Position numbers and translations under genes: made by a program. Shown one piece after another: positions 53,423 to 63,683 of a DNA stretch of 64,000 bases (its first letter is position 1; each line of letters opens with the position of its first letter). Source of the stretch: Nemertoderma westbladi (taxonomy: Eukaryota; Animalia; Xenacoelomorpha); contig JAUCBJ010008438.1 of assembly GCA_032718475.1 (NCBI GenBank), positions 1 to 64,000 on the forward strand, given 5' to 3'. A model generated the notes under the pieces. It saw nothing but the letters and a program-made list of their open reading frames with translations, was not told where the DNA came from and made no database searches.

Positions 53423-53791
53423 GATCTTGGGGGTTACTACAAAACAAAGGCCAAAGACCCAATTATAAAGACCTGCATAATCTTGCAACATATGTTAACT
53501 TTCGTTTATTGTTTTGGTTCTCCCAACACGCCTCTGTAACCAGCTCCTTTACTAACCGTTGCCCCTTTAAATGGCAATAAGGCCTGTACAAAACATAGAG
53601 GTAAAATCGCGTTAGGTCCCAAAGAACGCCAGGAAACAGGTTAGTAGGAACAGGTTTAAAGGAACAGGTTAGTAATAAAGGAGCAGGTCGAAGAGGCGTG
53701 TTGGGGGAACCAAAACAATAAACGAAAGTCAACATATGTGTTTCATACAGTTCTTTATACTCTGGGTCTTTGTTTTGTAGTCACCCAGATC
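53423..53791. mobile_element. Small imperfect foldback/MITE
   Basis: ACATATGTTAACTTTCGTTTATTGTTTTGGTTCTCCCAACACGCCTCT (~53488-53535) mirrored at ~53692-53739; outer arms degenerate. Confidence 0.65.
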
Positions 53792-54010
53792 TTGGAGAGG
53801 TTTCTAGCGCTGAAATATCAGTGGAGAAGAATACTCGGGTTGGTTTCTACTTATGAATACATATTGGAGGTCGGGGTTCAAGTGAATAAATCATTGTTTA
53901 CCTTGTAAAGTTAGCAATGCAACTCCATTAACGATTATTTTGTTAAGAACACAAGTAGTTTTTGTGCATGTACTTTATGTACGAATTTTACGTTTTTATT
54001 AAGGGGGGGG

Positions 54011-54910
54011 AGTAGTATGCTAAACAACGTGATTGAGACAGCGTCTGCCATAGTCTACCATGTTAAAGAATTTGCCGAACGGCTCTTGCCCCGCCTACTT
54101 ACTATGATTACTATTGTTGCCCCACCCACTTACTATGGTTACCATGGTTACCATTGTGCATATGTAACATATGTCACCGCTGTGTATATATGTGACATAC
54201 ACGGTATAAGACCAGTTTGCAGGCGTGCCCCGCCTACTTACTATGATTACTATTGTTGCCCCACCCACTTACTATGGTTACCATGGTTACCATTCTTGAC
54301 CCCACCATGGTTACTATGGTTACCATTGTGCATATGTGACATATGTCACCACTGTGTATATGCGACATATGCGGTATAAGGCCAGTCCACAGACGGAAGT
54401 AATTTAATTAATTCGTGTCTACCGGTCGGCGTTTGACCTTGAACCGCAATAGGTAAAGTGGGCAAACCCATAATATTACACTTTTAATTACAGTTGCAAC
54501 AGCTCATCTCCAATTTATTTAATAAAGTCTTTAACATGATAGACTATTACAGACGCAACGACTAAAAAAAGGTGAATAAACACAGACTAACGGCGGCTCT
54601 TTAATGATTTGATTATTCTACTTATGGGGCGAGCCATGAAGTGAGTGATAGCATCGAAGTAAGGTTATGACGCAACAACTAAAAAGGTAAATAAACACAG
54701 ACTTATGGGGGCGAGCCGTGAAGTGAGTGATAGCATCGAAGTGAGGTTATTGTATTTATACTTATCACTACGCGACAAGTTGTGGGGGGCGAGCCGTGAA
54801 GTGAGTATAAGGTTATAGTATTTATAATATTATTTTAATTTGATTATTCTACCTATGGGGCGAGCCATGAAGTGAGTGATAGCATCGAAGTAAGGTTATT
54901 GTATTTATAA
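54011..54910. repeat. Maverick terminal/subterminal repeat region
   Basis: 139-bp-period repeat (54088, 54227) rich in TTAC(T/C)ATGG; four copies of GGGGCGAGCC(A/G)TGAAGTGAGT at ~54625-54880. Confidence 0.75.
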
Positions 54911-54938
54911 TTATTAATTGTCGAAATTATTACTTACA

Positions 54939-55229
54939 TTAATTTTCGGTTGGAGGCGGCGTATGTGTTTCGCCGACCATTCGCGGGGGGCATACACACA
55001 TCGATCGCCCCCCAGCGATCGGCAAGACGATCGCCGGGCGCGTCGGGACCAAATCATCATTGATCATTGACCGTGAGTTAAATTCAATTGAGTGCATCAC
55101 CCGCACCCTGCGTGCCCACTCAGCTTTTTTGAGAAGAATCCTGTTCGATTTTTCCAAATTAAATGGCGGAGGATGATACTCGAAGGGTTGGACAACTAAT
55201 AACTTCGGGTTTTTACCACCTTCAGCCAT
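54939..55229 (-). CDS. Maverick hypothetical protein (96 aa)
   Basis: ATG-initiated, co-oriented with the viral genes, AT-rich upstream spacer; no recognisable motif. Confidence 0.45.
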   Translation of the reverse strand: MAEGGKNPKLLVVQPFEYHPPPFNLEKSNRILLKKAEWARRVRVMHSIEFNSRSMINDDLVPTRPAIVLPIAGGRSMCVCPPRMVGETHTPPPTEN

Positions 55230-55580
55230 TGATATTGAATTGAAAATTAATTTAATAATTAATAAATTATAAGAATATAAGAATAATATTAAAAATTAAA
55301 ATAATAATGTGATGCCGCTATCACTATTCTCAATGTTATTATATAGCAAACTAGCTAACTAATTTTCTATGCTTCGCGGCGTATCTATATTATATTATTA
55401 TCTATATATTATTTCTTTTGCAAAACTGCCCACATATGTGAGTAAATTGAACTCAGAGCTTTGATTGTCGTTAGAGCGTTTAATTATTGCCTAATTCGCG
55501 TAGCCTGGATTGAGATTCTGGCCTTTGTGTTAACCGCATAAGTTGGGCGGCAGATGCTTGGGTCCCAATGTGCTCTGTGC

Positions 55581-55832
55581 CTAATTATTATTATTTCCGG
55601 TTTTACCAGCCGCCCACACGTTAAAGAGACCCCCGCCCGTAAGGTTTCTGTGAAGACCCCAACCCATATCACTTACCGTGCCCCATATATTTATTAAAAA
55701 TATTGCTATTACTATATACCCAAGAAATAAATATTTATTATTAATATTAACGCTAATAATATGTTCACACACCGTAATTGAATATACCCATAACCAAAAT
55801 AAATAAATTATTTTATTAATGAAAGTGTCCAC
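55581..55832 (-). CDS. Small predicted membrane protein (83 aa)
   Basis: Two hydrophobic segments (IIYLFWLWVYSITVC; YLFLGYIVIAIFLINIWG); overlaps the protease 3' end. Confidence 0.4.
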   Translation of the reverse strand: MDTFINKIIYLFWLWVYSITVCEHIISVNINNKYLFLGYIVIAIFLINIWGTVSDMGWGLHRNLTGGGLFNVWAAGKTGNNNN

Positions 55833-56248
55833 TGTAATAACAATAAATCATTGTACCGCAAATTAGAGGTGAATATATTCATTGCTCTGGGATTTTTCGG
55901 CACCTCGGTTAAATAATACAGACAAAATAGACCACACTGAGTCGATTGTGGCGCTTGAAATATTTTACGATTCCAAGTATGCCTTTGGGTATATTTATGC
56001 AACCAATACGATATTTTTGGTGGAGGCGCTTTACCAAACGAATCTAAATAATAAGCAATTCTGTTAACCACGCGCACGCAAGACCAGTGTTGTCCAGGTA
56101 GGCCTATACGTTGATTATTAATAATAAATGAATAATTTTGTTTATGCTTATTTTTTTTTGTGTGTATTATGTGTAATTGGTCGATTGCGTAAACACCGAT
56201 GTATTCGGACCCCACCGGGAATTTCGCTAATTGTATAGAGTCCAACAT
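55808..56248 (-). CDS. Adenain-like cysteine (maturation) protease
   Basis: IINN...PGQHW, YLDSFG, QAPQSTQCGLFC (H-D-Q-C catalytic set). Confidence 0.92.
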   Translation of the reverse strand: MLDSIQLAKFPVGSEYIGVYAIDQLHIIHTKKNKHKQNYSFIINNQRIGLPGQHWSCVRVVNRIAYYLDSFGKAPPPKISYWLHKYTQRHTWNRKIFQAPQSTQCGLFCLYYLTEVPKNPRAMNIFTSNLRYNDLLLLQWTLSLIK

Positions 56249-56278
56249 CTTAGCGTACGCGTATCATTAAAAGTTTAT

Positions 56279-57529
56279 TTATTCAGTTATTATTTCCTTG
56301 GCTTCCGAAATAGATAGAAGAGCGTCATAGCTTGCCATTAATATAACGTTAATAGTGTTAACTAGCGCATTACTAAATTTCAGAATCAAATGCCCACTAG
56401 TATGAACACTAGGTTGAATCTCATGGCTTTGATCCCCGCCGGCAGTAAGATCAAATACGATCAAAGGAAATTGGGTACGAAATCGTTCTGGTGTTAGCGA
56501 GCAAAATACGCCGCTCAAGCTCTTGAACACGTTCATTAAACTTTCGAATTCCAACATAAAATTGTTTTCTGGAAAGTTAGGGCGATATGGATACCCGTGT
56601 ATAATACGGGAGTCGATGTTTAGTTCAGCATAATTTAAACCGAAATGGTTAAAATGTAACGGATTACTGCTTAATTCCCCGTTGAAGCTGGCGTTGGTAA
56701 GCATTCCAACCAAAATATACTTAGGTAATTTCCCTTGGATTATGTTCGATTCTGTATAACTGGATTGCCCACCGCCAATAGTGAAGGTTTTCACTTCTTG
56801 TTTTAACAAGTTATAAATAAAGTCATTTTTTTGTGACCCCATCAAATGCGCGCGCATAACCTCGGCATCAATCTTGTGGCGTTTTATTTTTAAATTAATA
56901 TTCATGATTTCAACTCTCGGGTTTACCAATCCTGCGGGGGGTTCAACTTTCAAAAAAAAATTATTTGATACTCGGTCTATACGAAGTCGAATGTTAATTC
57001 CCGGCGGCAGTAATTTGTCCTGGCTTGCCAGGTCTAAAAAAATTGGGGCCACAACGAATTTAACATAATTCCCACGAACGTCATTCTCAGTAGCGACAGG
57101 TACCCCACCTAGATTATTATCATTATCTTCATACCCACCAGCACTTAAAATACTGCGTTTTTCGTTAGCATCTGTCAACAGTAATGTCTGAAACGTAGAC
57201 TTATAGGCGTAGAACCCATTCGAGGTTTCAACTAGCTTTTCATTTAAATATAACGAACAATTTTCAAATAGTGACCCACCCGGGTAATTAAGATGATGGA
57301 GGGTTGTATCGTCGTTAGCCCTATTACCATCCCATGTAATTTTATATTTAATGTGAAATTTCGAATTCTTTAAATCAGTATATAGAACATTTGACTGGGG
57401 TATAAAGAACTCGATTTGTCGGGCATTCGCGTCAAGAGTAGAAATCGGGTAGATATCCGAAAAATGTGAAGATGTATATTCTCGCTGATTTGTTTTACTT
57501 GAGAATAATGATAATTCTAATTTACTCAT
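56279..57529 (-). CDS. Maverick major capsid protein (double jelly-roll, PY)
   Basis: 416 aa; IYPIS..IEFFIP, YAYKS, QDKLLPPG, LPKYILVG, FNG....NPLHF, FDLT motifs. Confidence 0.88.
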   Translation of the reverse strand: MSKLELSLFSSKTNQREYTSSHFSDIYPISTLDANARQIEFFIPQSNVLYTDLKNSKFHIKYKITWDGNRANDDTTLHHLNYPGGSLFENCSLYLNEKLVETSNGFYAYKSTFQTLLLTDANEKRSILSAGGYEDNDNNLGGVPVATENDVRGNYVKFVVAPIFLDLASQDKLLPPGINIRLRIDRVSNNFFLKVEPPAGLVNPRVEIMNINLKIKRHKIDAEVMRAHLMGSQKNDFIYNLLKQEVKTFTIGGGQSSYTESNIIQGKLPKYILVGMLTNASFNGELSSNPLHFNHFGLNYAELNIDSRIIHGYPYRPNFPENNFMLEFESLMNVFKSLSGVFCSLTPERFRTQFPLIVFDLTAGGDQSHEIQPSVHTSGHLILKFSNALVNTINVILMASYDALLSISEAKEIITE

Positions 57530-57538
57530 TTTGTTAAG

Positions 57539-58066
57539 TTACATAAAAATATCGCGGCATTTATTATTTCGCTTTTTACGTTTGCGCCCAACGTTCATAC
57601 CCACACTTGGGTGTCGTCGTTTCCCGCTCCTCTTTTTTTTACTTTTCGGGTTTGTAAATTCATTGTATACCCGTTGGGCGATTTGGCGAGTCTTTGGATG
57701 AGGTTCTAACCGCTCGGCCACTTTATTTATCAAATCATCTGCTTTACTGCGTAAAATACGTTTTCCTTCCGGTATTATGTATTTCCGTGCTACTTTCGCT
57801 GCTTTGGGGAGTGCCTTAGTTAGCACCTTTCTCCCTAACTTGCGGGCTAATATACCCAGACCAGTTGTTAATATTCCGCGTCCGCGCTGGCGATTTTGGG
57901 TGTATCGCCGCCCGAATTTATTATTCTTATTATTCCATATACCAGTAGATGGGCCAAACCCCGGGAGAATGCTTCCACCCTTAAAAACGGGTATATCGCT
58001 ATAATTCCCGCTTCCCAGTTGGATTTGTGGGGTGCTATATAATTTAAACAAATCAGAATCTGACAT
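57539..58066 (-). CDS. Basic core-like virion protein
   Basis: Very K/R-rich 175 aa with QLGSG, FKGGS, QRGRG motifs, directly upstream of MCP. Confidence 0.7.
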   Translation of the reverse strand: MSDSDLFKLYSTPQIQLGSGNYSDIPVFKGGSILPGFGPSTGIWNNKNNKFGRRYTQNRQRGRGILTTGLGILARKLGRKVLTKALPKAAKVARKYIIPEGKRILRSKADDLINKVAERLEPHPKTRQIAQRVYNEFTNPKSKKKRSGKRRHPSVGMNVGRKRKKRNNKCRDIFM

Positions 58067-58072
58067 TATTAT

Positions 58073-58376
58073 GAGTATTTATTATAACATATAATAATAA
58101 TTCTTTACTACATACGTATATGTGTAATCTACAAATATAAGTAGCATATAATAACGCAATAATTAATTATATATACATTAATTCGACGACAACCATTTCC
58201 CATAACCAACCGCGAGTTTCGCAGGAGTATTTATTATAACATATAATAATAATTCTTTACTACATACGTATATGTGTAATCTACAAATATAAGTAGCATA
58301 TAATAACGCAATAATTAATTATATATACATTAATTCGACGACAACCATTTCCCATAACCAACCGCGAGTTTCGCAG
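58073..58376. repeat. 152-bp perfect tandem duplication
   Basis: 58073-58224 equals 58225-58376. Confidence 0.92.
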
Positions 58377-58926
58377 AACAATAATTAAAACAAAAATCAC
58401 TATTATCAGAATGGTAGGCACAATTTGTTATTGCCGAAAAATCGTGAAAAAGGCATTTGGTGTCATAATCAACATATTTTTCGTTTATGCCGTACGTTTC
58501 TAGAAGTGTTCCATTCACATTAAATTCATTTTTTAAAATAAATAATTTCGGTATTCCGCGTATTAATATTTGAAACCCCAACCGTTTTTTTTCTTGTAAC
58601 CATTCCTGTATGTACATTTTAAATGCGCTTTGGTCCATAAATCCGTAGTCAAAATTAATGTGATGCGTAATATTGGCGAGTTGTGTGAGACGGTCGTATT
58701 CGCTTAAACTTAAAATTTTTGCAGGTGGACCATTAATAAACCATACGTTTTCTAATGATTTGATGGTAGTATTATAAGCCGCAAACTCTTTAAAATAAAT
58801 GGTTGCAACGGGGTGTTGGTCGATCTGCGGAAGATGCGTATAATATTGGAAATCTACTATTATTCCCGGGTTTTCCAGCGTCGGGTAATAATCACGCCCA
58901 CGGCTGCGACTTAGAAATTTATCCAT
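58330..58926 (-). CDS. Maverick accessory protein, probable divergent DnaQ/DEDD-fold
   Basis: IIVDFQ...FKEFA, F..PP, HHINFDYG, IRG..K, C-terminal CAYH...CS pattern recalled from invertebrate Polinton proteins. Confidence 0.55.
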   Translation of the reverse strand: MDKFLSRSRGRDYYPTLENPGIIVDFQYYTHLPQIDQHPVATIYFKEFAAYNTTIKSLENVWFINGPPAKILSLSEYDRLTQLANITHHINFDYGFMDQSAFKMYIQEWLQEKKRLGFQILIRGIPKLFILKNEFNVNGTLLETYGINEKYVDYDTKCLFHDFSAITNCAYHSDNSDFCFNYCSAKLAVGYGKWLSSN

Positions 58927-59000
58927 ATAGTCGCTATAACTTCAGATAATCAGATAATAATAAATAATAAATAATTTACATCGATTAAATTGTGACTATC

Positions 59001-59804
59001 TCAATCAATTCGTATAAAATGAAGCGTCAATATTGAATTTCCATAATGAAAGCGCAACAAATTTCCGGAATCTCCAATCAATCGAACTCGTATATAACGT
59101 AAATTAGATGTTGAATTAACTTTTTTATAGTAGACTTCCTCAACTTCACGACTAATAATTTGCCCATATTCCCCTTCTATGGGTATGCTACGCAACAGAG
59201 GGTATTCGCTATTGTCTACAAATTGAGGTTCGACGCAATTGATATGTATATTTATGTTGGGTTCCAGTATTTCGACAGCATTAGGATGCTTATGGCAGTC
59301 GTACTTATTATTCCGCGAATCAATCCTTAGCAAGTGATAATCCCCCGCAGCATTTTGCACACACATAAAACCTTTGCCATCAACCTCGTGTTCTGTTAAT
59401 CCTAGGTAACCACCCAAACGTTTACTGACAAATATCGACAACTGTTTACCTTTAAAATGTATGGTTATATTACCAGAGCGTGCTGTATTATCAATTATAT
59501 TAATTTGGCCTTTAATAAGGCTTTTGTTGAAGTACTCAATGATCCTTTCCAATGATAGGAAAGATCCTTCGGGGAGAGTAACATCTCTTGTAAACATTTT
59601 TTTATTTTTTATGGCCTTTATATAAATGTCGCTATTGTCATACCTGATACTAGATACGTACGTTATACCGGTTAAACCTATTAACCATTGCCCTTTAGCG
59701 AAAGGTAAAGGAATTTGCAAATTTGTTTGGAAATCGCCGGCGCTATTACGCGGGAATTCTATGGGGTTTGCGTTTGAGGGTAGTACAACGTAATAACTGT
59801 TCAT
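59001..59804 (-). CDS. Minor capsid (penton, PX) protein 2
   Basis: YYVVLPSNA..N..DF...L..P...W.IGL..I.Y; C-terminal VEPQFV....PLLRSI..L.F..G..LTLHF. Confidence 0.85.
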   Translation of the reverse strand: MNSYYVVLPSNANPIEFPRNSAGDFQTNLQIPLPFAKGQWLIGLTGITYVSSIRYDNSDIYIKAIKNKKMFTRDVTLPEGSFLSLERIIEYFNKSLIKGQINIIDNTARSGNITIHFKGKQLSIFVSKRLGGYLGLTEHEVDGKGFMCVQNAAGDYHLLRIDSRNNKYDCHKHPNAVEILEPNINIHINCVEPQFVDNSEYPLLRSIPIEGEYGQIISREVEEVYYKKVNSTSNLRYIRVRLIGDSGNLLRFHYGNSILTLHFIRID

Positions 59805-60685
59805 TCTTGTAGTTTTTGTCGCCGTTGTTGTTTTTTGAGTTCTAGAACTAAAATTGTTTTACCCCCATGAAAGACTATATGCTTTCCTTTATGGTCGCGA
59901 AGCGTTATACTAATTGTGTCGAGCACTTTTTTATTTCTTAATTGTTTGTAATGTGTGTTTTTGAATTCCAGGTTGATGAATGAGTATGGTTCCCATTTCA
60001 AAGGGATTATCCGCAAAAGAGGCGCCATCGAATGTCCTACGTGAGAAGATTCAATCATATCTGTATATATAAACATTGTGTGTCTATCCCTCGTTATATC
60101 GCAAGGTTCGGGGAATTCAACTCCATCCGCTTTGTTTGTATCTTTACAGCCTAAGTTCAATAAATCATCATCTTTGTTATAGTGTATTGCCCAAAGCGCC
60201 CCAAGACCCATTAAATTATTTTTTAAACTCGATAACCCGAAAATATTTATTATATCTCCATAGAATTGGAAATAGCGGCCTTTCTCACAATGTAGACGAA
60301 TTTTTGATGTATGTTTTTGGTAGTTAAACTTAACATCTTTGAAACCGTGGTGGGATAATGCGGGATTTTTCAAATAAACACTAATATGGTTTAAAATTGA
60401 CTCAATAGAAGCATATAGACCAAGATTAAAATCGATTTCTATAAGATTGTATGGAGCTATATGAAATTCCAAATCCTCATCAACCATATATTCACCAATT
60501 CTAATTCCAGATCTTTGTTCAATATTTCTATAGGTCGACACATACTGTATTTCCTTTAGACCCACGACCCAATCTGTGCTGACGGGGATAGGTTTGGACA
60601 ACTCAATCGTGAAATCGCTGGGAGTGTTATCAGGATATTTATCTAGACTGGCGTTGGAAGTCAACGTTAAATGTAAGTAATCCAT
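59801..60685 (-). CDS. Minor capsid (penton, PX) protein 1
   Basis: LTLTSNAS..YPDNTPSDF..WVVGLKEI; FIYTDMIE..VG...APLLRII..LRDHKG. Confidence 0.87.
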   Translation of the reverse strand: MDYLHLTLTSNASLDKYPDNTPSDFTIELSKPIPVSTDWVVGLKEIQYVSTYRNIEQRSGIRIGEYMVDEDLEFHIAPYNLIEIDFNLGLYASIESILNHISVYLKNPALSHHGFKDVKFNYQKHTSKIRLHCEKGRYFQFYGDIINIFGLSSLKNNLMGLGALWAIHYNKDDDLLNLGCKDTNKADGVEFPEPCDITRDRHTMFIYTDMIESSHVGHSMAPLLRIIPLKWEPYSFINLEFKNTHYKQLRNKKVLDTISITLRDHKGKHIVFHGGKTILVLELKKQQRRQKLQE

Positions 60686-60699
60686 AATAATATAATTAA

Positions 60700-61785
60700 T
60701 TATTGTACGTGATCAACCCACCGATGTGCCGCAAAACCAACAAATTTAACCAAATATTGCTTTTTGCCGCTTTTATTTACTTTTTCTTTAATTATTTTTT
60801 CAATTGGTAGGACTTGAAATGGTTCTATTACCTTTTGGATTTCATGCCGATAAAATGTCCCCTTTATAACGCGCCCATTCGAGTCCGCAACTTCGTACAT
60901 AGGGTACGGCTCTCGATCCAATCTTATTCTGTAAATTTTGAAAATTTCTACAGTATAATTAGGTGTATAACCTTTGTCAAATGGCTTTCTAGCTAAACTC
61001 AGCCGCACCTTATCACCAACCTTGAAATGAACTCGACGCTGCGCACGGCGTTTTCTTTTATTGGGATGACCCACACTCCCATATAGTTTTAAAAATAGGT
61101 CAGTTTCATTCTTTTTATTGACAGAGTTTGGCGCCATACCAATGGTTCTATGTATTGAATTATTATATGCAACCAATATTTTTGGCAATATACCCATCCA
61201 TTCTCTATTCTGTTTCCTCGTGAAAATTCTGTACATGCGAGATTTGAGGGTGCGATTCAGCCTTTCACAGATACTAGCTTTAAATTGGCTAACTAAAGTA
61301 TAAAAATGAACATTATTGTTCAGTAAGAAATCTTTCACCAATTTATTAACAAACTCAGTTCCTTGATCAACCGCTAGCCGTTTAGGTTTTCTATCTTTAA
61401 ATATCGCGGCTAGGGCCCTTTTAATTTCGACCCCTGTTTTACGTTTTAGACCCAACGCCCACGCCTTCCGACTAAAACAGTCAATACAAGTAAGTATGTA
61501 ACCGTAGCCATTATTCTCACCCCTAAAAGGTTGCATATCGCACAAATCCGCTTGGTATAGATCACCAATACCGCTCGTGAAGATTTTTGATGTCGGGTAA
61601 TGGCGCCTAGCCGGCGCGTGTAGGGAATACGTTCGTTGGGAGCTCAACCATTCTTTTGCGCGATTTCTCGTAACTTTAGCGGCTTTCGCTAGTTTGGTTA
61701 CGCTCGCGAAACCGGCAGCATTTGAAACATCGTAATATATTCTTCCCAGTCGTTTGTTTGTTCGATTTTCTACGATTCTCCCCAT
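60700..61785 (-). CDS. Retroviral-like (rve) integrase with C-terminal chromo-like domain
   Basis: YQADL, IDCFSRKAW, VDQGTEF, ERLNRTLK, YNNSIHRTIGMAP, KGYTPNYT.E.F, YLVKFVG. Confidence 0.95.
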   Translation of the reverse strand: MGRIVENRTNKRLGRIYYDVSNAAGFASVTKLAKAAKVTRNRAKEWLSSQRTYSLHAPARRHYPTSKIFTSGIGDLYQADLCDMQPFRGENNGYGYILTCIDCFSRKAWALGLKRKTGVEIKRALAAIFKDRKPKRLAVDQGTEFVNKLVKDFLLNNNVHFYTLVSQFKASICERLNRTLKSRMYRIFTRKQNREWMGILPKILVAYNNSIHRTIGMAPNSVNKKNETDLFLKLYGSVGHPNKRKRRAQRRVHFKVGDKVRLSLARKPFDKGYTPNYTVEIFKIYRIRLDREPYPMYEVADSNGRVIKGTFYRHEIQKVIEPFQVLPIEKIIKEKVNKSGKKQYLVKFVGFAAHRWVDHVQ

Positions 61786-61909
61786 CGGTTGTGTCGTGTC
61801 GTGGAAGAAAACACTTGCAATGACAGTTAATACTTAATATGAAACGTTCAAAAAACATACTACTACTACTATTTTAATGTTATCCTGCGCTTTGTTTCCA
61901 CACGTCGAT

Positions 61910-62371
61910 TTATTGTAGTCCTACGTATTGTTTCCACGCGTCGGCGCGTTTTGTGTTGGAAGGGGTCACGCGGACCCTTTGCCGTTTCAACCAACCGCGA
62001 CCAATTAATCGTTTTGGTATCCTTAATCGTTTTAATAACCCCAAAAATGTTGCTTGTCCTGGAATTATTTCGGTGTTTTTCTTATTTTTTTTTGTAGTCA
62101 GCAATTCAATCAAATGATCAATATTTGCTCCAGGAATAAGTTTATTTTCTATATAGAGTTTATTATTATCGTTCCACCGTACTCTGTCTCGCGAGAATCG
62201 CATCAAATAACTCAACAATCGTTTGGCTTTCTGGGATGAAATTGTCACACCATCTAGCGGTTGTATTATATTATTGCTTTTCTTATTATTATTATTATAA
62301 GTATCCGTTAATAAAGTAGAAACTAGATACAACTTCTTAAAATTTCCGAGGCTAATCTCGTTATTTTTCAT
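61910..62371 (-). CDS. Conserved Maverick hypothetical protein
   Basis: KAKRLL...VRWN...IPGANI..LI...PG...FL..L...IP..LI pattern typical of Polinton accessory proteins. Confidence 0.65.
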   Translation of the reverse strand: MKNNEISLGNFKKLYLVSTLLTDTYNNNNKKSNNIIQPLDGVTISSQKAKRLLSYLMRFSRDRVRWNDNNKLYIENKLIPGANIDHLIELLTTKKNKKNTEIIPGQATFLGLLKRLRIPKRLIGRGWLKRQRVRVTPSNTKRADAWKQYVGLQ

Positions 62372-62492
62372 CGTTATATATCATTATTAATATATTAATA
62401 CTATATACTAGAGTTCACGTTCATGGACCGATAATAACCTAATTTCGGTGAAAGTCTAAACAATGTGTGAAAATGGTTTTAGCGCGGCGTCG

Positions 62493-63204
62493 CTACTGCG
62501 GTATAGACTGGGCCTCGGGGCGTTGGTGAGGTGTGTTAGAGTTCATATTCGCGGGTTGATAAACAGTTTGCCCTAATGGGTTGAAAATATCACCCCTAAC
62601 TCTTATACTATCATCCGTTTTTTGATGAAAGTCTAAGAGAAGGTGTGTGAATGGTTTTTGTGTGGCGTCACTATATGCTTGAACAATAAAATTGCTATTT
62701 TTTGGGTACACTTGCCGCGCTATATAGCTTATTTGACTTGCGTCGCGGGGATTTTTTGTGAAAATACAATATTGGGCATTTAGACTTCTAGTCCGTGTTT
62801 CCGCCCCCTTTACTGAAGAAATTTTGTGTTATATAGATAATGAAACAGGAAGTATGATGGCAGGTTTTTGTGAAGCTTTCTGTCAAACTCTCATCACTCT
62901 TACTTTCGCTTAACAAGTCGTCTATAATAATTAGATCGTTTTCGCGGAAAATAGAATTAATTTTTTGCGGTAAACCTTTGAATAGATGTGTTATACCCGG
63001 GAATTCTGGTGGGGTGGCGCCATAAAAGAATAATACACGCTTCGGGGTTATATCAAAAACTAAATTTTTATTTTTTACAATTTTTGATACCAACACTGTT
63101 TTTCCGGAAGAACTTGGACCCGCAATAATCATGGCCGAACCCATCTTGAAAGAGGCGTCGTATGATGTGATTGGTTCCCGCGATATCGTCGGCTCTCGGG
63201 ACAT
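62493..63204 (-). pseudogene. A32/FtsK-like packaging ATPase split by a 1-nt frameshift
   Basis: Walker A GPSSSGKT, Walker B IIIDD, ITQN; continues in another frame RSLNAQY..KNPRD..HLLLDFHQ. Confidence 0.88.
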
Positions 63205-63221
63205 TGTTGATAGGTAGCCAC

Positions 63222-63683
63222 TCAGTAGATGGGAAACCTAGAAACTTGACGGTTGACGCGTGTGCCAGAGGTAGTAGGTCTATACCCCCGGCGGGATTGG
63301 GCTAATTTTCTGCCTCTTACAGCCGTTATTATGGGTGATATTTTCTGATAAGCGTTAAGCCCACTCATTAAACCAGAGATTTGTAGATTTATAAATCCGC
63401 CCCTTTGCACCAATCGTTTACGATAAATTCGAATGGGATACTTGGCTTTTGGTTTTTTAGCGATCTCGCGTATTGTTTTTTTATGGCGTTTTAACCTCGC
63501 GATTGTTTGCTCAGGAATTTTTACGTTACCATTTAATACATTTAGAATAATATTAATTAGAAAACTTATAAGTTCGTCGGTTCCGCCGACACGTAAGAAG
63601 GTTTTTCTACGGTTGGGGGAGGCGTTAGATAAGAACTTTAAATCCCCGTCAAATTGTTTAATTAAAGCTTTGAGTGATTTCAT
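63222..63683 (-). CDS. Conserved basic Maverick protein
   Basis: NVLNGNV...LKRHKK.IR....LVQRGGF pattern. Confidence 0.7.
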   Translation of the reverse strand: MKSLKALIKQFDGDLKFLSNASPNRRKTFLRVGGTDELISFLINIILNVLNGNVKIPEQTIARLKRHKKTIREIAKKPKAKYPIRIYRKRLVQRGGFINLQISGLMSGLNAYQKISPIITAVRGRKLAQSRRGYRPTTSGTRVNRQVSRFPIY

